Shown: positions 9,340-19,813 of the stretch, in pieces | Position numbering within the stretch: the first letter of the stretch is position 1 | Layout: each line of letters begins with the position of its first letter | The notes under the pieces: model-generated | What the model saw: only the letters and a program-made list of their open reading frames with translations | What the model was told of the DNA's origin: nothing | Database searches by the model: none | Position numbers and translations under genes: made by a program | Origin: Actinomycetales bacterium | GTDB taxonomy: Bacteria; Actinomycetota; Actinomycetes; Actinomycetales; Micrococcaceae | Reading direction: 5' to 3' | NCBI GenBank assembly: GCA_038243055.1 | Contig: JBBSRM010000002.1 | Coordinates: 3,380 to 67,379 of the forward strand | DNA length: 64,000 bases

Positions 9340-10788
9340 ATGGCCACTGAAGAACCGACAGTTGAAACCAATCCCGCGCTCGCCGCCTGGGAATCCGTCC
9401 TCGCCTACGCCCCCCGCTATCTGGAGCAGCGGCGCTCCTTCGACCGGCAACCCGGCTACCAGGTGGCCGTCGCCGTCGACGGTACGGTCATCGGGGAGGT
9501 GAGCGGCGGCTACGCCGATGTCGCCGCCGGCACCGAGCTGACGGAGGCGCACCAGTTCCGCATCGCCTCGCATTCGAAGATGTTCACGGCCACCGCCATC
9601 CTCCAACTGGCCGAACAGGGCTCGCTGACCCTTGAGGACGCGCTCGCCGACCATCTGCCCGAACTTGTGGGAACGGACGCGGGGCAGATCACCGTGGGCG
9701 AGCTGCTCTCCCACTCCTCGGGGTTGACCCGCGATGGCACGGATTCGGACTTCTGGGCCCTGTCCCGGCCCTTCCCCGGGCGCGGGGCCCTGCTCGAAAC
9801 CGCCGCCGGTGGTCGGGTCATCGGGCGCCATACCCACTTCAAGTACACGAACATCGGCTACGGCCTGCTGGGGCTGGTCATCGAGGCCGCCAGCGGACAG
9901 GACTACCGCGGGTACGTTCGGGAAAAGCTGATCGAGCCGTTGGCTCTGCCCCATACCGGGCCGGATCTGGACGATGGGGCCACCGAGCTGGCTACCGGGT
10001 ACGGGGCGCTGGCCGTCATGGGGGAGCCCTATACGCTCGAGCACCGATGCACGATCGACCATGTGGATACCGGGGCGCTGAGTGCCGCGACCGGCTTCTA
10101 CTCCACCGCCGGCGACGTCGTGCGTTTCCTCTCGGCCCATCTACCGCAGCGTCCGGGACGGCCGAACGCGGTGTCTCCGGTCTCCGAGCACTCCAAACGC
10201 CGCATGCAACGGAAACTCGAACCGGCAGGGGTGCCCGGCCGGGACTACGGGTTGGGGATGATCCTGCAGAAGGTCCACGGACACGAAACCTTCGGCCATA
10301 GCGGCGGCTACCCAGGACACATCAGCCGCAGCTGGGCGTTGCCCCAAACCGGTGTTGCCCTCAGCGTCCTGACCAACGCCATCGACGGACCAGCCACGAC
10401 CTGGGGTGAGCAGCTCATCGCCCTGGCGACCTTGGCAGCCGCAGAAACACCGGCGTCGTACGCCGATGTCCCCCCTGGACAGCTGGACCGGTTCACCGGG
10501 CGGTTCGCGGGACTGTGGGGTGTGCAGGACATCGTCGAACTCGGCGGCAAGCTGTATTGCCTGTCCCTGGGCGCAGCCCCTGACCCGGCGCTCACCGAAC
10601 CGTTGGAGTATGTGGACGCCCGGACGCTGCGCTCGCGCGACCCCAACGGTTTCGGCGGGTACGGCGAGGATTTCGTGTTTGAATTCGATACCGCCGGGGC
10701 CGCAGTCATCCGCGGCCCCGGTGGCATGAAACTGGTCCGGCAGTCCGATTTTCGTGTTCCGTCGCGGGTGGTCAACCCAGCAGGCTGA
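9340..10788 (+). CDS. Serine hydrolase, beta-lactamase/AmpC family
   Basis: FRIASHSK (SxxK), LLSHSSG, FKYTN (YxN), GHSGG. Confidence 0.88.
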   Translation: MATEEPTVETNPALAAWESVLAYAPRYLEQRRSFDRQPGYQVAVAVDGTVIGEVSGGYADVAAGTELTEAHQFRIASHSKMFTATAILQLAEQGSLTLEDALADHLPELVGTDAGQITVGELLSHSSGLTRDGTDSDFWALSRPFPGRGALLETAAGGRVIGRHTHFKYTNIGYGLLGLVIEAASGQDYRGYVREKLIEPLALPHTGPDLDDGATELATGYGALAVMGEPYTLEHRCTIDHVDTGALSAATGFYSTAGDVVRFLSAHLPQRPGRPNAVSPVSEHSKRRMQRKLEPAGVPGRDYGLGMILQKVHGHETFGHSGGYPGHISRSWALPQTGVALSVLTNAIDGPATTWGEQLIALATLAAAETPASYADVPPGQLDRFTGRFAGLWGVQDIVELGGKLYCLSLGAAPDPALTEPLEYVDARTLRSRDPNGFGGYGEDFVFEFDTAGAAVIRGPGGMKLVRQSDFRVPSRVVNPAG

Positions 10789-10940
10789 TCCCGGCCACGC
10801 CGTAGCGGTCGTAGGGAGCAGGGGGGATCTAGCACGCGCCGCTGAAGATTCCCTGTGAGCCGAGTCACCATGCTCTATTGTCTAAGGGAGTCCAAGACCC
10901 GTGAAGGCGGGCCGCACCACGAGCGAACGGGGTACAGAAC

Positions 10941-12431
10941 TTGCGACATCACATGGGGGCGGCCCGCACCGGGCGCCGTCGAACAGGGCTGGTGGTCGCG
11001 GCGTTCCTGGCCGTGGCCTCGCTTTTGTTCGGAGCGACGGGCGCAGCCGCCGATACCTCAGCGGCTGACTCCGGGAATTCAGCGGTCGAAGGCAAGACGT
11101 TCGTCATCGGTACGGACACCACGTTCGCGCCGTTCGAATTCCGTGGTTCCGACGGCGAACTGACCGGCATTGACATGGATATTGTCCGCGCGGTGGCAGA
11201 GGACCAGGGCTTCAAGGTCGAGATCCGGTCGCTCGGCTTCAACGCGGCACTGCAGGCTTTGACTTCCAACCAGGTCGATGGCGTCATCGCCGGCATGTCC
11301 ATCACCGATGAACGCAAGGAGGTCTACGACTTCTCCGAGCCCTACTTCGAGTCGGGCGTCCAGATGGCAGTTGCCAAGGACAACGACGACATCAAGGGAT
11401 ACGAGGACCTCAAGGGCAAGACGGTCACCGCGAAGACCGGTGCCGAAGGCGAGACCTACGCCAAGTCGATTGCCAAGAAGTACGACTTCAAGGTCAAGTC
11501 GTTGGACCAGTCGGCGAGCATGTACGAACTGGTGAAGTCAGGCAACGCCGTCGGCGTCTTTGACGACTACCCGGTTCTTGCCTACGGCATCGCGCAGAAC
11601 AATGGTCTGAAGACCGTCACCGACAAGGTACCCGGCGGCTCCTATGGTTTCGCCGTGAACAAGGGCAAGAACGCCGACCTGTTGGCGGCCTTCAACGACG
11701 GGCTGGCCAAGCTCAAGGCCGACGGGGAATACGACAAGATCCTGGACGAGTACCTCGGGGATCCGACGGCGGCCCAGCCCACGACCTTCTGGGAACTGTT
11801 GGAAAGCTCGCTACCAGCACTGCTCAAGGGCCTGAAGAACACCATGGTCGTCACCGGGATCTCCTTCGTGGTCGCCATGATCGTCGGCCTGGCCGCAGGG
11901 TTCATGAAGATCGCGCGGAACATCATCGTGCGCGGGATCTCCACCACGTACGTGAACGTCTTCCGCGGGACCCCGCTGCTGCTCTGGGCCTTCATGTTCT
12001 ACTTCGGCATCCCGCAGTTGACGGGCGTGGGCATCAACATATGGGTCGCCGCCGTGCTGACCTTGTCACTGAACTCGGGGGCGTACGTAGCGGAAATCGT
12101 GCGTGGTGGCATCCAATCAGTGGACCCGGGCCAAATGGAGGCCAGTCGGTCCCTGGGCCTGGGCTACGGAAAGTCGATGCAGAAGGTCGTCGTTCCGCAG
12201 GCGTTCAAGATGATGACCCCGTCGCTGATCAACCAGCTGATCATCATGCTCAAGGACTCCTCCCTGCTGCTGGCCATCGGCTTCGCCGAACTGCTCTATC
12301 AGGGCCAACAGATCTACGCGGCGAACTTCCGCGTCACCGAGACGCTGCTGATCGTCGGCGTCATCTACTTCGTCGCGGTCATGCTGCTGACGAAGCTGGC
12401 CAACTTCGCTGACAGGAGGTTCAACAAATGA
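10941..12431 (+). CDS. Polar amino-acid (glutamine-type) ABC transporter, fused substrate-binding protein and permease
   Basis: Signal peptide, [12 protein letters not shown] domain, FRGTPLL and [23 protein letters not shown] (EAA loop); start may be ATG 10953. Confidence 0.9.
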   Translation: MRHHMGAARTGRRRTGLVVAAFLAVASLLFGATGAAADTSAADSGNSAVEGKTFVIGTDTTFAPFEFRGSDGELTGIDMDIVRAVAEDQGFKVEIRSLGFNAALQALTSNQVDGVIAGMSITDERKEVYDFSEPYFESGVQMAVAKDNDDIKGYEDLKGKTVTAKTGAEGETYAKSIAKKYDFKVKSLDQSASMYELVKSGNAVGVFDDYPVLAYGIAQNNGLKTVTDKVPGGSYGFAVNKGKNADLLAAFNDGLAKLKADGEYDKILDEYLGDPTAAQPTTFWELLESSLPALLKGLKNTMVVTGISFVVAMIVGLAAGFMKIARNIIVRGISTTYVNVFRGTPLLLWAFMFYFGIPQLTGVGINIWVAAVLTLSLNSGAYVAEIVRGGIQSVDPGQMEASRSLGLGYGKSMQKVVVPQAFKMMTPSLINQLIIMLKDSSLLLAIGFAELLYQGQQIYAANFRVTETLLIVGVIYFVAVMLLTKLANFADRRFNK

Positions 12432-13186
12432 GCGCGTCGACAACGGATACGGACCGCAAGTTGATGATCGAGGTGCGCGGTCTGCGCAAGTCGTTCGGTT
12501 CCAATGAGGTCCTGCAGGGGATCGACGCCGAGGTGGCGGAGGGGGAAGTCGTCTGTGTGATCGGCCCCTCCGGCTCGGGCAAGTCGACTTTCCTGCGCTG
12601 CCTGAACAAACTCGAAGACATCTCCGGGGGCACGGTGGTGGTCGACGGGTTCGACCTCACCGACCCGAAGGTGGACATCAACGACGTCCGTCGCCACATC
12701 GGTATGGTGTTCCAGCACTTCAACCTCTTCCCGCATATGACAGTGGCGGAGAATGTGATGTTGGCGCCGGTCGAACTGAAGAAGGCGTCCAAGACCGAAG
12801 GGCGCGAGAAGGCGATGGAACTGCTGACCCGCGTCGGTTTGGCCGAGAAGGCCAATGCCCGGCCGGCTGCGCTCTCGGGAGGTCAGAAGCAACGTGTGGC
12901 GATCGCCCGTGCGTTGGCCATGAACCCGGGGATCATGCTCTTCGACGAGGCCACCAGTGCCCTGGATCCGGAGATGGTCGGCGAGGTCCTGCAAGTCATC
13001 CGCGATCTGGCCAACTCAGGGATGACGCTGGTCCTGGTCACCCACGAGATGGGCTTCGCCCGTGAGGTGGGGGACCGGGTCATCTTCATGGCAGACGGCG
13101 TCGTCTGCGAGGAGGGGACCCCCGAACAGCTCTTCAACAACCCACAACAGGAGCGCACCAGGGAGTTCCTCTCGAAGGTCCTCTGA
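12428..13186 (+). CDS. glnQ: Amino-acid ABC transporter ATP-binding protein (GlnQ family)
   Basis: [28 protein letters not shown]. Confidence 0.9.
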   Translation: MSASTTDTDRKLMIEVRGLRKSFGSNEVLQGIDAEVAEGEVVCVIGPSGSGKSTFLRCLNKLEDISGGTVVVDGFDLTDPKVDINDVRRHIGMVFQHFNLFPHMTVAENVMLAPVELKKASKTEGREKAMELLTRVGLAEKANARPAALSGGQKQRVAIARALAMNPGIMLFDEATSALDPEMVGEVLQVIRDLANSGMTLVLVTHEMGFAREVGDRVIFMADGVVCEEGTPEQLFNNPQQERTREFLSKVL

Positions 13187-13213
13187 GCCCGAAGGGATCC
13201 TGCCGCACGACGA

Positions 13214-13243
13214 CTGTGGGCCGGCTTGGATGCCGGCCCACAG
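13214..13243 (+). terminator. 12-bp stem-loop after the ABC operon
   Basis: CTGTGGGCCGGC-TTGGAT-GCCGGCCCACAG. Confidence 0.55.
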
Positions 13244-13410
13244 CCGTTGCTGTCGCATGGGCACCGGGAATGGTGCCTCTCCGTGGGTCGGGCTCCTTGT
13301 CCGGGAGGCCCTCGCGTGCCTACGGTGAAGGCGGACGTTCCCGGAGCAGAGACTCGGGAACGGCGAGGCGGCATCCGCCGTCACGCAGGCAACCAGCGAA
13401 GGAGCGTGTC

Positions 13411-13812
13411 ATGAGTTCCGAAACGCCAGAACGAGACCCCAACATGGAAGCGGACCCAGGATCGGACTTCGCCCCGGACCCCGAGGAGGCAACCGGTGAT
13501 CCATTGGATCCCGTGCCCACCGACGGCCGGGGAGGACAGCCGGCCGAGGGGTCGTCCGACGACGCCGCCATGATGGAAGAGGGCGACCCGCTGCATGAAG
13601 CTGGTTACGCCGAAGCGGACGAGCTGCCGTTCGTCGAGGACGAAGTGGAAGACCTGCAAGACGACGGGGACTTGTCCGACCCTGAAGCCGACCGCCTGGT
13701 CAACGCCTCGATCGACGAGGAAGAAGACCAGGGGCTGGACCGTGCTCTGGCCGAGGACGCGGGTGATGACCTGACCGCTGACATCAAGGAGGACCTGGGC
13801 GACGTCGAGTAG
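13411..13812 (+). CDS. Highly acidic hypothetical protein (133 aa)
   Basis: AAGGAG RBS before ATG 13411; 48 D/E versus 5 K/R. Confidence 0.75.
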   Translation: MSSETPERDPNMEADPGSDFAPDPEEATGDPLDPVPTDGRGGQPAEGSSDDAAMMEEGDPLHEAGYAEADELPFVEDEVEDLQDDGDLSDPEADRLVNASIDEEEDQGLDRALAEDAGDDLTADIKEDLGDVE

Positions 13813-13837
13813 CTTCCTAGGACCGTCCAACACACTG

Positions 13838-13871
13838 CCCGGAGCCCATGGTCTCCACCATGGGCTCCGGG
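13838..13871. terminator. 15-bp perfect stem-loop between convergent genes
   Basis: CCCGGAGCCCATGGT-CTCC-ACCATGGGCTCCGGG. Confidence 0.7.
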
Positions 13872-13893
13872 TGGTGTCGCGCGGTCCCGGTGC

Positions 13894-14605
13894 CTACAGG
13901 GCGAGCCAGGGTACGGCCAGGACGATGAGTGCCCCGGCCGGTATGAACAACGCCGGCAGCACGGCTGCGAGCCTCTCGCGGCGTTCAGGCGCCGGAGACG
14001 GCTGCAGCGGATCCACCACCGGATCCATGTCATCGGTCAGCGCTCGGCGGAACTGCCAGGCGGTCATGAGCACGATGGCCGCTGCGGCCACGGCGAACAC
14101 CCATCCCGGTTCCAGGGCCATGATGGCCGGCGTGCCGTACTGCGGGGCGAAAAAGCCTCCTAGGGTTGCTGCGCCGATGCCCAGAACGAAGACCAGCGAC
14201 AGGATCCACAGGTGCCGCACCGCATAGCCGATGTAGTAGGGCACGGCGAGCATGAGCACCAACGGGATGAGGAAAGAGGCCCAACTGTGGCAGCGAAAAC
14301 CTGAGCAGCGACCCGCCGAAGACCGCGGAAGCGGCGGGTCCGAGAACAAGGATCGCCACGAGGGACACCGCCGGAGCCATGACGCCTGCGCTCGACCAGT
14401 CGACGCTCTGGACCCTGGGCAGGTCGAGTTCTTCGGCGTAGGTGCGCGGGTCCCCGAAGGCCTCATGGGCGGACTCGCCGGAGTCGGCAACGTGGCCCCG
14501 CACCACTGCCACCGCATCGCCGATGGCATCTCCCCGGGCCTCGCGCAGGCGCAGGGTGAGGATGAAGTCGTCGATCCAGGACTCGGTGGTTTGGGTGGAG
14601 CTCAT
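13894..14605 (-). pseudogene. PadR-associated HAAS-like membrane protein, frameshifted paralog of 14676..15380
   Basis: N-half in ORF 14030..14605 (…FSLPQLGLF) and C-half in ORF 13894..14529 (LIPLVL…RHLW). One extra base at 14273-14275 separates them; the paralog reads VSLPQLLLFVIP…RHLW. Confidence 0.8.
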
Positions 14606-14675
14606 GGTTTGGTCCGCCTTTCGCGATCGGTTGAGGTGGGGACGTGGTCTTCGCTGTTTCTCGAAGCCATGGTGT

Positions 14676-15380
14676 TTAAAGTTCCGAGATCAGGTAAGTC
14701 AGGGCTATGAGGGGGATCAAGAGGTACGGGATCAACCCGATGAGCCGTTGGACCCGACCGGCCGGGCTGGGAGGTGTACTCGTCGGATCGATTAATGGAT
14801 CAGGAGCCCTGCGCCACACGTCTGCTGCTGCCCAACTGCTGGCCGCCAGTATCACGGCACCTGACCCGAGGACGAGCCACAATGGATCCCACGCTGCCAT
14901 CGCGGGGAGCCCGCGTTCCGGGGCGAGTAGCCCGGCACTCGTGCTGGCCAGAACCGCTAAACAAAGGACCGCAGCAAAGACCCAGAGATGGCGTAGGGCG
15001 AAATCGAAGTAGGCCGGCAGGGCCACTACCAGCGCGACGGGAATCACGAACAGGAGCAGCTGCGGGAGTGACACCTCCATGGTGGCGCCGGCAAATAGTG
15101 CAGCGACGGCCGGCGCGAAGGCCAGAAGTCCCGCCAGGGACAACGCCGTGCCCAGAACCGGTGGATCGGTCCAGCGGGCGGTCGGTACGGTGGGCAGGTC
15201 CAGCTGTCCCGCGTAGTCATCAGCTTTGCCGAAGGCATCGTGGGCATGCTGTCCGGAATCGGCGATATGCCCGCGCACGACGGCCACGGCATCGCCGATG
15301 GCATCGCCGCGGACGTCGCGCAGGCGCAAGGCGAAGGTGAAGGCTTCGATCCAGGACTCGTCGGTTTGCGTGGAGCTCAT
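14676..15380 (-). CDS. PadR-associated membrane protein with HAAS-like N-terminal domain
   Basis: W..AF..ALRLRDVRGDAIGDAVAVVRGH…AFG…YA..L followed by several TM helices; overlaps padR stop. Confidence 0.75.
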   Translation of the reverse strand: MSSTQTDESWIEAFTFALRLRDVRGDAIGDAVAVVRGHIADSGQHAHDAFGKADDYAGQLDLPTVPTARWTDPPVLGTALSLAGLLAFAPAVAALFAGATMEVSLPQLLLFVIPVALVVALPAYFDFALRHLWVFAAVLCLAVLASTSAGLLAPERGLPAMAAWDPLWLVLGSGAVILAASSWAAADVWRRAPDPLIDPTSTPPSPAGRVQRLIGLIPYLLIPLIALTYLISEL

Positions 15381-15796
15381 GGCCCGGACAGCCTTTCAGA
15401 AGTGTTTGACAGGGTGAAGCCGGTATCGGCCGGCTCGGGGTTCAGGAAGCGGCAGGTCACGGTCGCGAATTCCTGCCAGCGCCGACGGTGGCGTTCGAGT
15501 TCGGCCCGACCGTCGGCGGTGAGAGAGAAGTACTTCCGGCCCGGACCCGAGGTTCCGGCCCGCCATTCGGTTTCGACCCAGCCGGCACCTTCGTACCGCG
15601 TCAACAGCGGATAGAGGGTTCCGCCCTTGACCACCCCCAGCCCGGCCTGCTCCAGTTCGGCGATGATCGCGTACCCGTAGGATGGCCCGCCTTCCAGCGC
15701 CCGCAACGTACACAGCCCCAAAAGAGCGCGCATCCAGTCACTGGGCCACTGGGTGCCCGGGGGCCCGCCGTCGTGCGGTGTCTGGTGAATCGACAT
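15377..15796 (-). CDS. PadR-family transcriptional regulator
   Basis: SYGYAI, GGTLYPLLTR, GPGRKYFSLTADGR. Confidence 0.92.
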   Translation of the reverse strand: MSIHQTPHDGGPPGTQWPSDWMRALLGLCTLRALEGGPSYGYAIIAELEQAGLGVVKGGTLYPLLTRYEGAGWVETEWRAGTSGPGRKYFSLTADGRAELERHRRRWQEFATVTCRFLNPEPADTGFTLSNTSERLSGP

Positions 15797-15831
15797 AAGT
15801 AGATTGTCTGTCTAACTAGTATGCCTGTCAA
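15797..15831 (-). promoter_or_regulatory. SigA-type leaderless promoter of padR
   Basis: TTGACA-17 bp-GACAAT-6 bp-ATG on the minus strand. Confidence 0.6.
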
Positions 15832-15857
15832 TATCTCGTGAGAGAGAAAGCCATCAA

Positions 15858-15907
15858 TTGACGGATAGGTGATCTGCCCCATATCCTGAACGAACGGTCA
15901 GTAATTC
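15858..15907 (+). promoter_or_regulatory. paaA promoter with overlapping putative PaaR operator
   Basis: TTGACG (15858)-18 bp-TATCCT (15882), then AACGAACGGTCAGTAATTC (15889-15907), whose reverse complement GAATTACTGACCGTTCGTT matches 1830-1848. Confidence 0.65.
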
Positions 15908-15934
15908 GAAACTTGTCACAGTGAGGTGAGCCCC

Positions 15935-16924
15935 TTGGCTGCACAGAACGACCCGAAAGGGCCCCTGTCCGCGGTGCTGACGCCCGAGGAAGAGGCGGCG
16001 CAGGAGCATTTCGACGCGGTTATCGCCGACGACTCGCGCATCGAGCCGCGCGACTGGATGCCGGAGGGCTACCGCAAGACCCTCACACGGCAGATTTCCC
16101 AGCATGCCCACTCCGAGATCATCGGCATGCAGCCCGAGGCCAACTGGATCACCCGCGCCCCGAGCCTGAAGCGCAAATCCATCCTCATGGCGAAGGTCCA
16201 GGACGAGGCGGGCCACGGGCTCTACCTCTATTCGGCCGCCGAGACCCTGGGCACCCCCCGGGACGTGCTCACTGAGCAGCTGCTCTCCGGCAAGGCGAAG
16301 TACTCCTCGATCTTCAACTACCCGGCCCGCTCCTGGGCAGACATGGGCGCCATCGGCTGGCTGGTCGACGGTGCGGCCATCGTGAACCAGGTTCCGTTGT
16401 GCCGCGCCTCCTACGGGCCCTACGGCCGGGCCATGGTCCGGGTGTGCAAGGAGGAATCCTTCCACCAGCGCCAGGGCTTCGAGATCCTCATGGAACTCGC
16501 CGCCGGCACCGAGGCCCAGAAGCAGATGGCGCAGGACGCCATCAACCGCTTCTACGAGCCCTCGTTGATGATGTTCGGTCCGCCGGACGGCGATTCGCCG
16601 AACTCGCAGCAGACGATGAAGTGGAAGATCAAGCGCTTCACCAATGACGATCTGCGCCAGCGCTTCGTGGGCATGATCGCCGAGCAGGTCAAGGTCCTGG
16701 GGCTGACCCTGCCAGATCCCGAGCTGCGTTTCGACGAGGAAACCGGCAAGTGGAACCACAAGGACCTGGACTGGGCCGAATTCAAGGCAGTGATTGCCGG
16801 TAGCGGGCCGTGCAACGCCCAACGCCTGCAGCGCCGCCGCGACGCGCACCACGAAGGCGACTGGGTCCGCGAGGCCGCCGCAGCATATGCCGAGAAGATG
16901 CAACAGGAAGCCGAGGTGGCCTAG
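15935..16924 (+). CDS. paaA: 1,2-phenylacetyl-CoA epoxidase subunit A
   Basis: [43 protein letters not shown]; TTG 15935 after GAGGTG (alternative GTG 15926). Confidence 0.96.
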   Translation: MAAQNDPKGPLSAVLTPEEEAAQEHFDAVIADDSRIEPRDWMPEGYRKTLTRQISQHAHSEIIGMQPEANWITRAPSLKRKSILMAKVQDEAGHGLYLYSAAETLGTPRDVLTEQLLSGKAKYSSIFNYPARSWADMGAIGWLVDGAAIVNQVPLCRASYGPYGRAMVRVCKEESFHQRQGFEILMELAAGTEAQKQMAQDAINRFYEPSLMMFGPPDGDSPNSQQTMKWKIKRFTNDDLRQRFVGMIAEQVKVLGLTLPDPELRFDEETGKWNHKDLDWAEFKAVIAGSGPCNAQRLQRRRDAHHEGDWVREAAAAYAEKMQQEAEVA

Positions 16925-17248
16925 GTGGCCCAGGAAAAGAACCAGCACGACGCCGGTGCCCCCGCCACGCGCGAATGGCCCCTCTGGGAGGTCTTCGTGC
17001 GCTCCGCCCGCGGTCTGTCGCATGTGCACGCAGGATCGCTGCACGCACCGGATTCGGAAATGGCAGTGCGCAATGCCCGGGACCTGTACACCCGCCGCAA
17101 CGAGGGCGTCTCCCTGTGGGTCGTGGCCTCCACCGACATCGTCGCTTCCGACCCGGATTCCAAGGGCCAGTTCTTCGAATCACCGCAGGGCAAGGACTAC
17201 CGGCACGCCACGTACTACAAGAAGAGCGAAGGTGTGAAGCACCTGTGA
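16925..17248 (+). CDS. paaB: 1,2-phenylacetyl-CoA epoxidase subunit B
   Basis: WPLWEVFVR, HAGSLHAPD, ARDLYTRRNEGVSLWVV. Confidence 0.95.
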   Translation: MAQEKNQHDAGAPATREWPLWEVFVRSARGLSHVHAGSLHAPDSEMAVRNARDLYTRRNEGVSLWVVASTDIVASDPDSKGQFFESPQGKDYRHATYYKKSEGVKHL

Positions 17249-18096
17249 GCGCCACCGAGACCACCGAGAGCTACGGCGACTCCACTGCCTCGGCCACCCG
17301 CATCACCCCCGGCAACGCCCTGCGCCCGGAGGACATCCAGTTGCAGAAGGGGGCGCCGGCCGAAGCGGTTGCGCAGTATGCCCTGCGCCTGGGCGACGAC
17401 GCCTTGGTGCTGGCCCAGCGCCTCTCGAACTGGATTTCGCGCGGCCCGGAAATCGAAGAGGACATCGCCCTGGGCAACATCGCCCTGGACCAGCTGGGCC
17501 ATGCCCGGTCCTTCCTGTCCTATGCCGGGCTGGCGTGGGATCAGAGCGAAGACGATCTGGCCTATTGGCGCGAGGAGTCCGAATACCGTTCGCTGCACCT
17601 GTTCGAGCAGCCCAACGGCGACTTCGGTGTCACCATCGTGCGCCAGCTGATGATCTCGATCTACCAGCACCTGCTCTACACCGAGCTGCTTGATTCCTCC
17701 GACGAGACCATCTCGGCGATCTGCGCCAAGGCGGTCAAGGAGGTCGACTACCACCGCGACCACGCCATCATGTGGACGCGCCGGCTGGGCATCGGCACCG
17801 AGGAATCGGCCCGCCGCATGCGCCATGCCCTCGAGGTCCTCTGGCCGTACGTGGGGGAACTCTTCCAGGACGAGGACCTGTACGAGGAGCTAGGTGATGC
17901 CGGGGTCAAGCCCTCGAGCCTGCGCGAACGGTGGGAATCCGAATTCGCGGCCATTCTCGAATCGGCCGAACTCGAGGTCCCGACCGGCCCGTTCGCACTC
18001 TGCCGCGGCCGCCACGGCGAGCACTCCGAACATCTGGGCATCCTGTTGGCGGAAATGCAGGTCCTGGCGCGCAAGCACCCCGGCGCCAGCTGGTAA
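17245..18096 (+). CDS. paaC: 1,2-phenylacetyl-CoA epoxidase subunit C
   Basis: LRLGDDALVLAQRLS, EEDIALGNIALD, KEVDYH, HPGASW; GTGA overlap with paaB. Confidence 0.94.
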   Translation: MSATETTESYGDSTASATRITPGNALRPEDIQLQKGAPAEAVAQYALRLGDDALVLAQRLSNWISRGPEIEEDIALGNIALDQLGHARSFLSYAGLAWDQSEDDLAYWREESEYRSLHLFEQPNGDFGVTIVRQLMISIYQHLLYTELLDSSDETISAICAKAVKEVDYHRDHAIMWTRRLGIGTEESARRMRHALEVLWPYVGELFQDEDLYEELGDAGVKPSSLRERWESEFAAILESAELEVPTGPFALCRGRHGEHSEHLGILLAEMQVLARKHPGASW

Positions 18097-18106
18097 GGAG
18101 CAAGCC

Positions 18107-18595
18107 ATGAGCACGAGCACGACGACCCTGCGGGCCATCGCCGCGCAGGTCTGCGATCCGGAGATCCCCGTGTTGACCATCGAGGACCTGGGCATCCTGC
18201 GCGATGTCCAGCTCGACGACGACGGAGGAGTACGGGTGGTCATCACCCCGACCTATTCGGGGTGCCCGGCCATGGACGCCATTCGTGAGGACCTGCAGAT
18301 GGCGTTCCACGCCGAGGGCTACGGGGACGTCACCGTCGACCTGGTGCTCTCACCGGCATGGACCACCGACTGGATGAGCGAATCCGGCAAGATAAAGCTC
18401 CAGGAATACGGAATCGCCCCACCGACCGGAACCGGTCACCGCGGCCCAGTCACCCTCGGGATGGCCGTCAAATGTCCACTGTGCCACAGCCTGAAAACCA
18501 AAGAACTCTCCCGCTTCGGGTCCACTTCCTGCAAGGCGCTCTACCAGTGCCGGGAGTGCCTGGAACCCTTCGACTACTTCAAGGTGCTTTCATGA
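18107..18595 (+). CDS. paaD: 1,2-phenylacetyl-CoA epoxidase subunit D
   Basis: DPEIPVLTIEDLG, TPTYSGCPAM, CPLC, FGSTSCKALYQC..C.EPFDYFK. Confidence 0.94.
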   Translation: MSTSTTTLRAIAAQVCDPEIPVLTIEDLGILRDVQLDDDGGVRVVITPTYSGCPAMDAIREDLQMAFHAEGYGDVTVDLVLSPAWTTDWMSESGKIKLQEYGIAPPTGTGHRGPVTLGMAVKCPLCHSLKTKELSRFGSTSCKALYQCRECLEPFDYFKVLS

Positions 18596-19803
18596 CTGAA
18601 ACGACCCCCATGCCCGAGGCCGACGAAGCCGAAACGGCGGATGGTTCCGAGGCCGGGGCGACGTCCCGCCGTCGGGCCGTGTTCCATACGCTCGAGGTGA
18701 GCGAGGTCCGCCGCCTGACGGCTGCGGCCATCGAGGTCACCTTCGCTGTCCCCGAGGACCTGATCGGGGAGTACGACTACCTCCCGGGCCAGTACGTCGC
18801 CCTGCGCAAGGACATGCCCGACGAGGAAGGCAACGTCTCCGAGGTCCGGCGTAGCTACTCCATCTGCGCCGAGCCGAAGCCGGGGGAGATCAAGGTGGCG
18901 ATCAAACGCGACCTGGGCGGCCTGTTCTCTTCCTGGGCCAACGAATCACTGCGTGCCGGCGACACGATGGAGGTGATGAGCCCCTCGGGTGCCTTCATCT
19001 CCAAGCACAAGATGACCGCGCTGAACGACCCTGCATCGATCGACACGACGGTCAGCCACAACTTCGTCGCCGTCGCCGCCGGGTCGGGGATCACCCCGGT
19101 CATGGCCATCGCCCGGACCGTTTTGGCGGCCAACGAGAACGTCCATTTCGACCTCATCTACGCCAACCGGGCAGCCATGGACGTGATGTTCCTGGAGGAA
19201 CTGGCGGATCTGAAGGACAGGTACCCTTCACGCTTCGCACTGCACCACGTGCTCTCGCGTGAACAGCGCATCTCCCCGCTGCTTTCGGGGCGGCTCGACG
19301 CCGAGAAGCTCACCTCGTTGTTGGGCTCGGTCATCCGCACGAACCAGATCGACGAGTGGTTCCTGTGTGGACCCTTCGAACTGGTGCAGCTGGTCCGCGA
19401 CCACCTGACCGAACAGGACGTATCGCCCGAAAAGGTGCGGTACGAGCTCTTCACCACCGGCCGGCCCAACCGTCCCGAAGGCCAGACCGGGCGGGCGGTG
19501 GAGGTCGATGACTCCGGTGAGAACTACGATATCGAGTTCCGTCTCGACGGGCTCCAGGGTCAGGTGAAGTCTCCCATGTCGGCCCGCGAGACGATCCTCA
19601 ACGCAGCCTTGCGCGTGCGGCCCGACGTGCCCTTCGCCTGTGCCGGCGGCGTCTGCGGCACCTGCCGCGCCAAACTGGTCACGGGGACGGTGGAGATGGA
19701 AGAGAACTATGCGCTGGAGCCCGAGGAGATCGAGGCCGGCTACATCCTGACCTGCCAATCCCACCCGACCTCGGACGCCGTGTCCGTGAACTACGACGCC
19801 TAG
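18592..19803 (+). CDS. paaE: 1,2-phenylacetyl-CoA epoxidase reductase subunit E
   Basis: RRSYSIC, AAGSGITP, FLCGP, C-terminal 2Fe-2S CAGGVCGTC…C. Confidence 0.94.
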   Translation: MTETTPMPEADEAETADGSEAGATSRRRAVFHTLEVSEVRRLTAAAIEVTFAVPEDLIGEYDYLPGQYVALRKDMPDEEGNVSEVRRSYSICAEPKPGEIKVAIKRDLGGLFSSWANESLRAGDTMEVMSPSGAFISKHKMTALNDPASIDTTVSHNFVAVAAGSGITPVMAIARTVLAANENVHFDLIYANRAAMDVMFLEELADLKDRYPSRFALHHVLSREQRISPLLSGRLDAEKLTSLLGSVIRTNQIDEWFLCGPFELVQLVRDHLTEQDVSPEKVRYELFTTGRPNRPEGQTGRAVEVDDSGENYDIEFRLDGLQGQVKSPMSARETILNAALRVRPDVPFACAGGVCGTCRAKLVTGTVEMEENYALEPEEIEAGYILTCQSHPTSDAVSVNYDA

Positions 19804-19813
19804 GAGGCACCGC

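Noticed and set aside
7624-10140. 838-aa ORF suggesting a fused PhoD
   Set aside because: The Tat signal begins at 9255; the upstream part is antisense to the serine hydrolase.
9340-10788. Beta-lactam resistance call for the serine hydrolase (and for the MBL-fold gene at 27837)
   Set aside because: No signal peptides, and the motifs are shared by many non-lactamase hydrolases; resistance is not supported.
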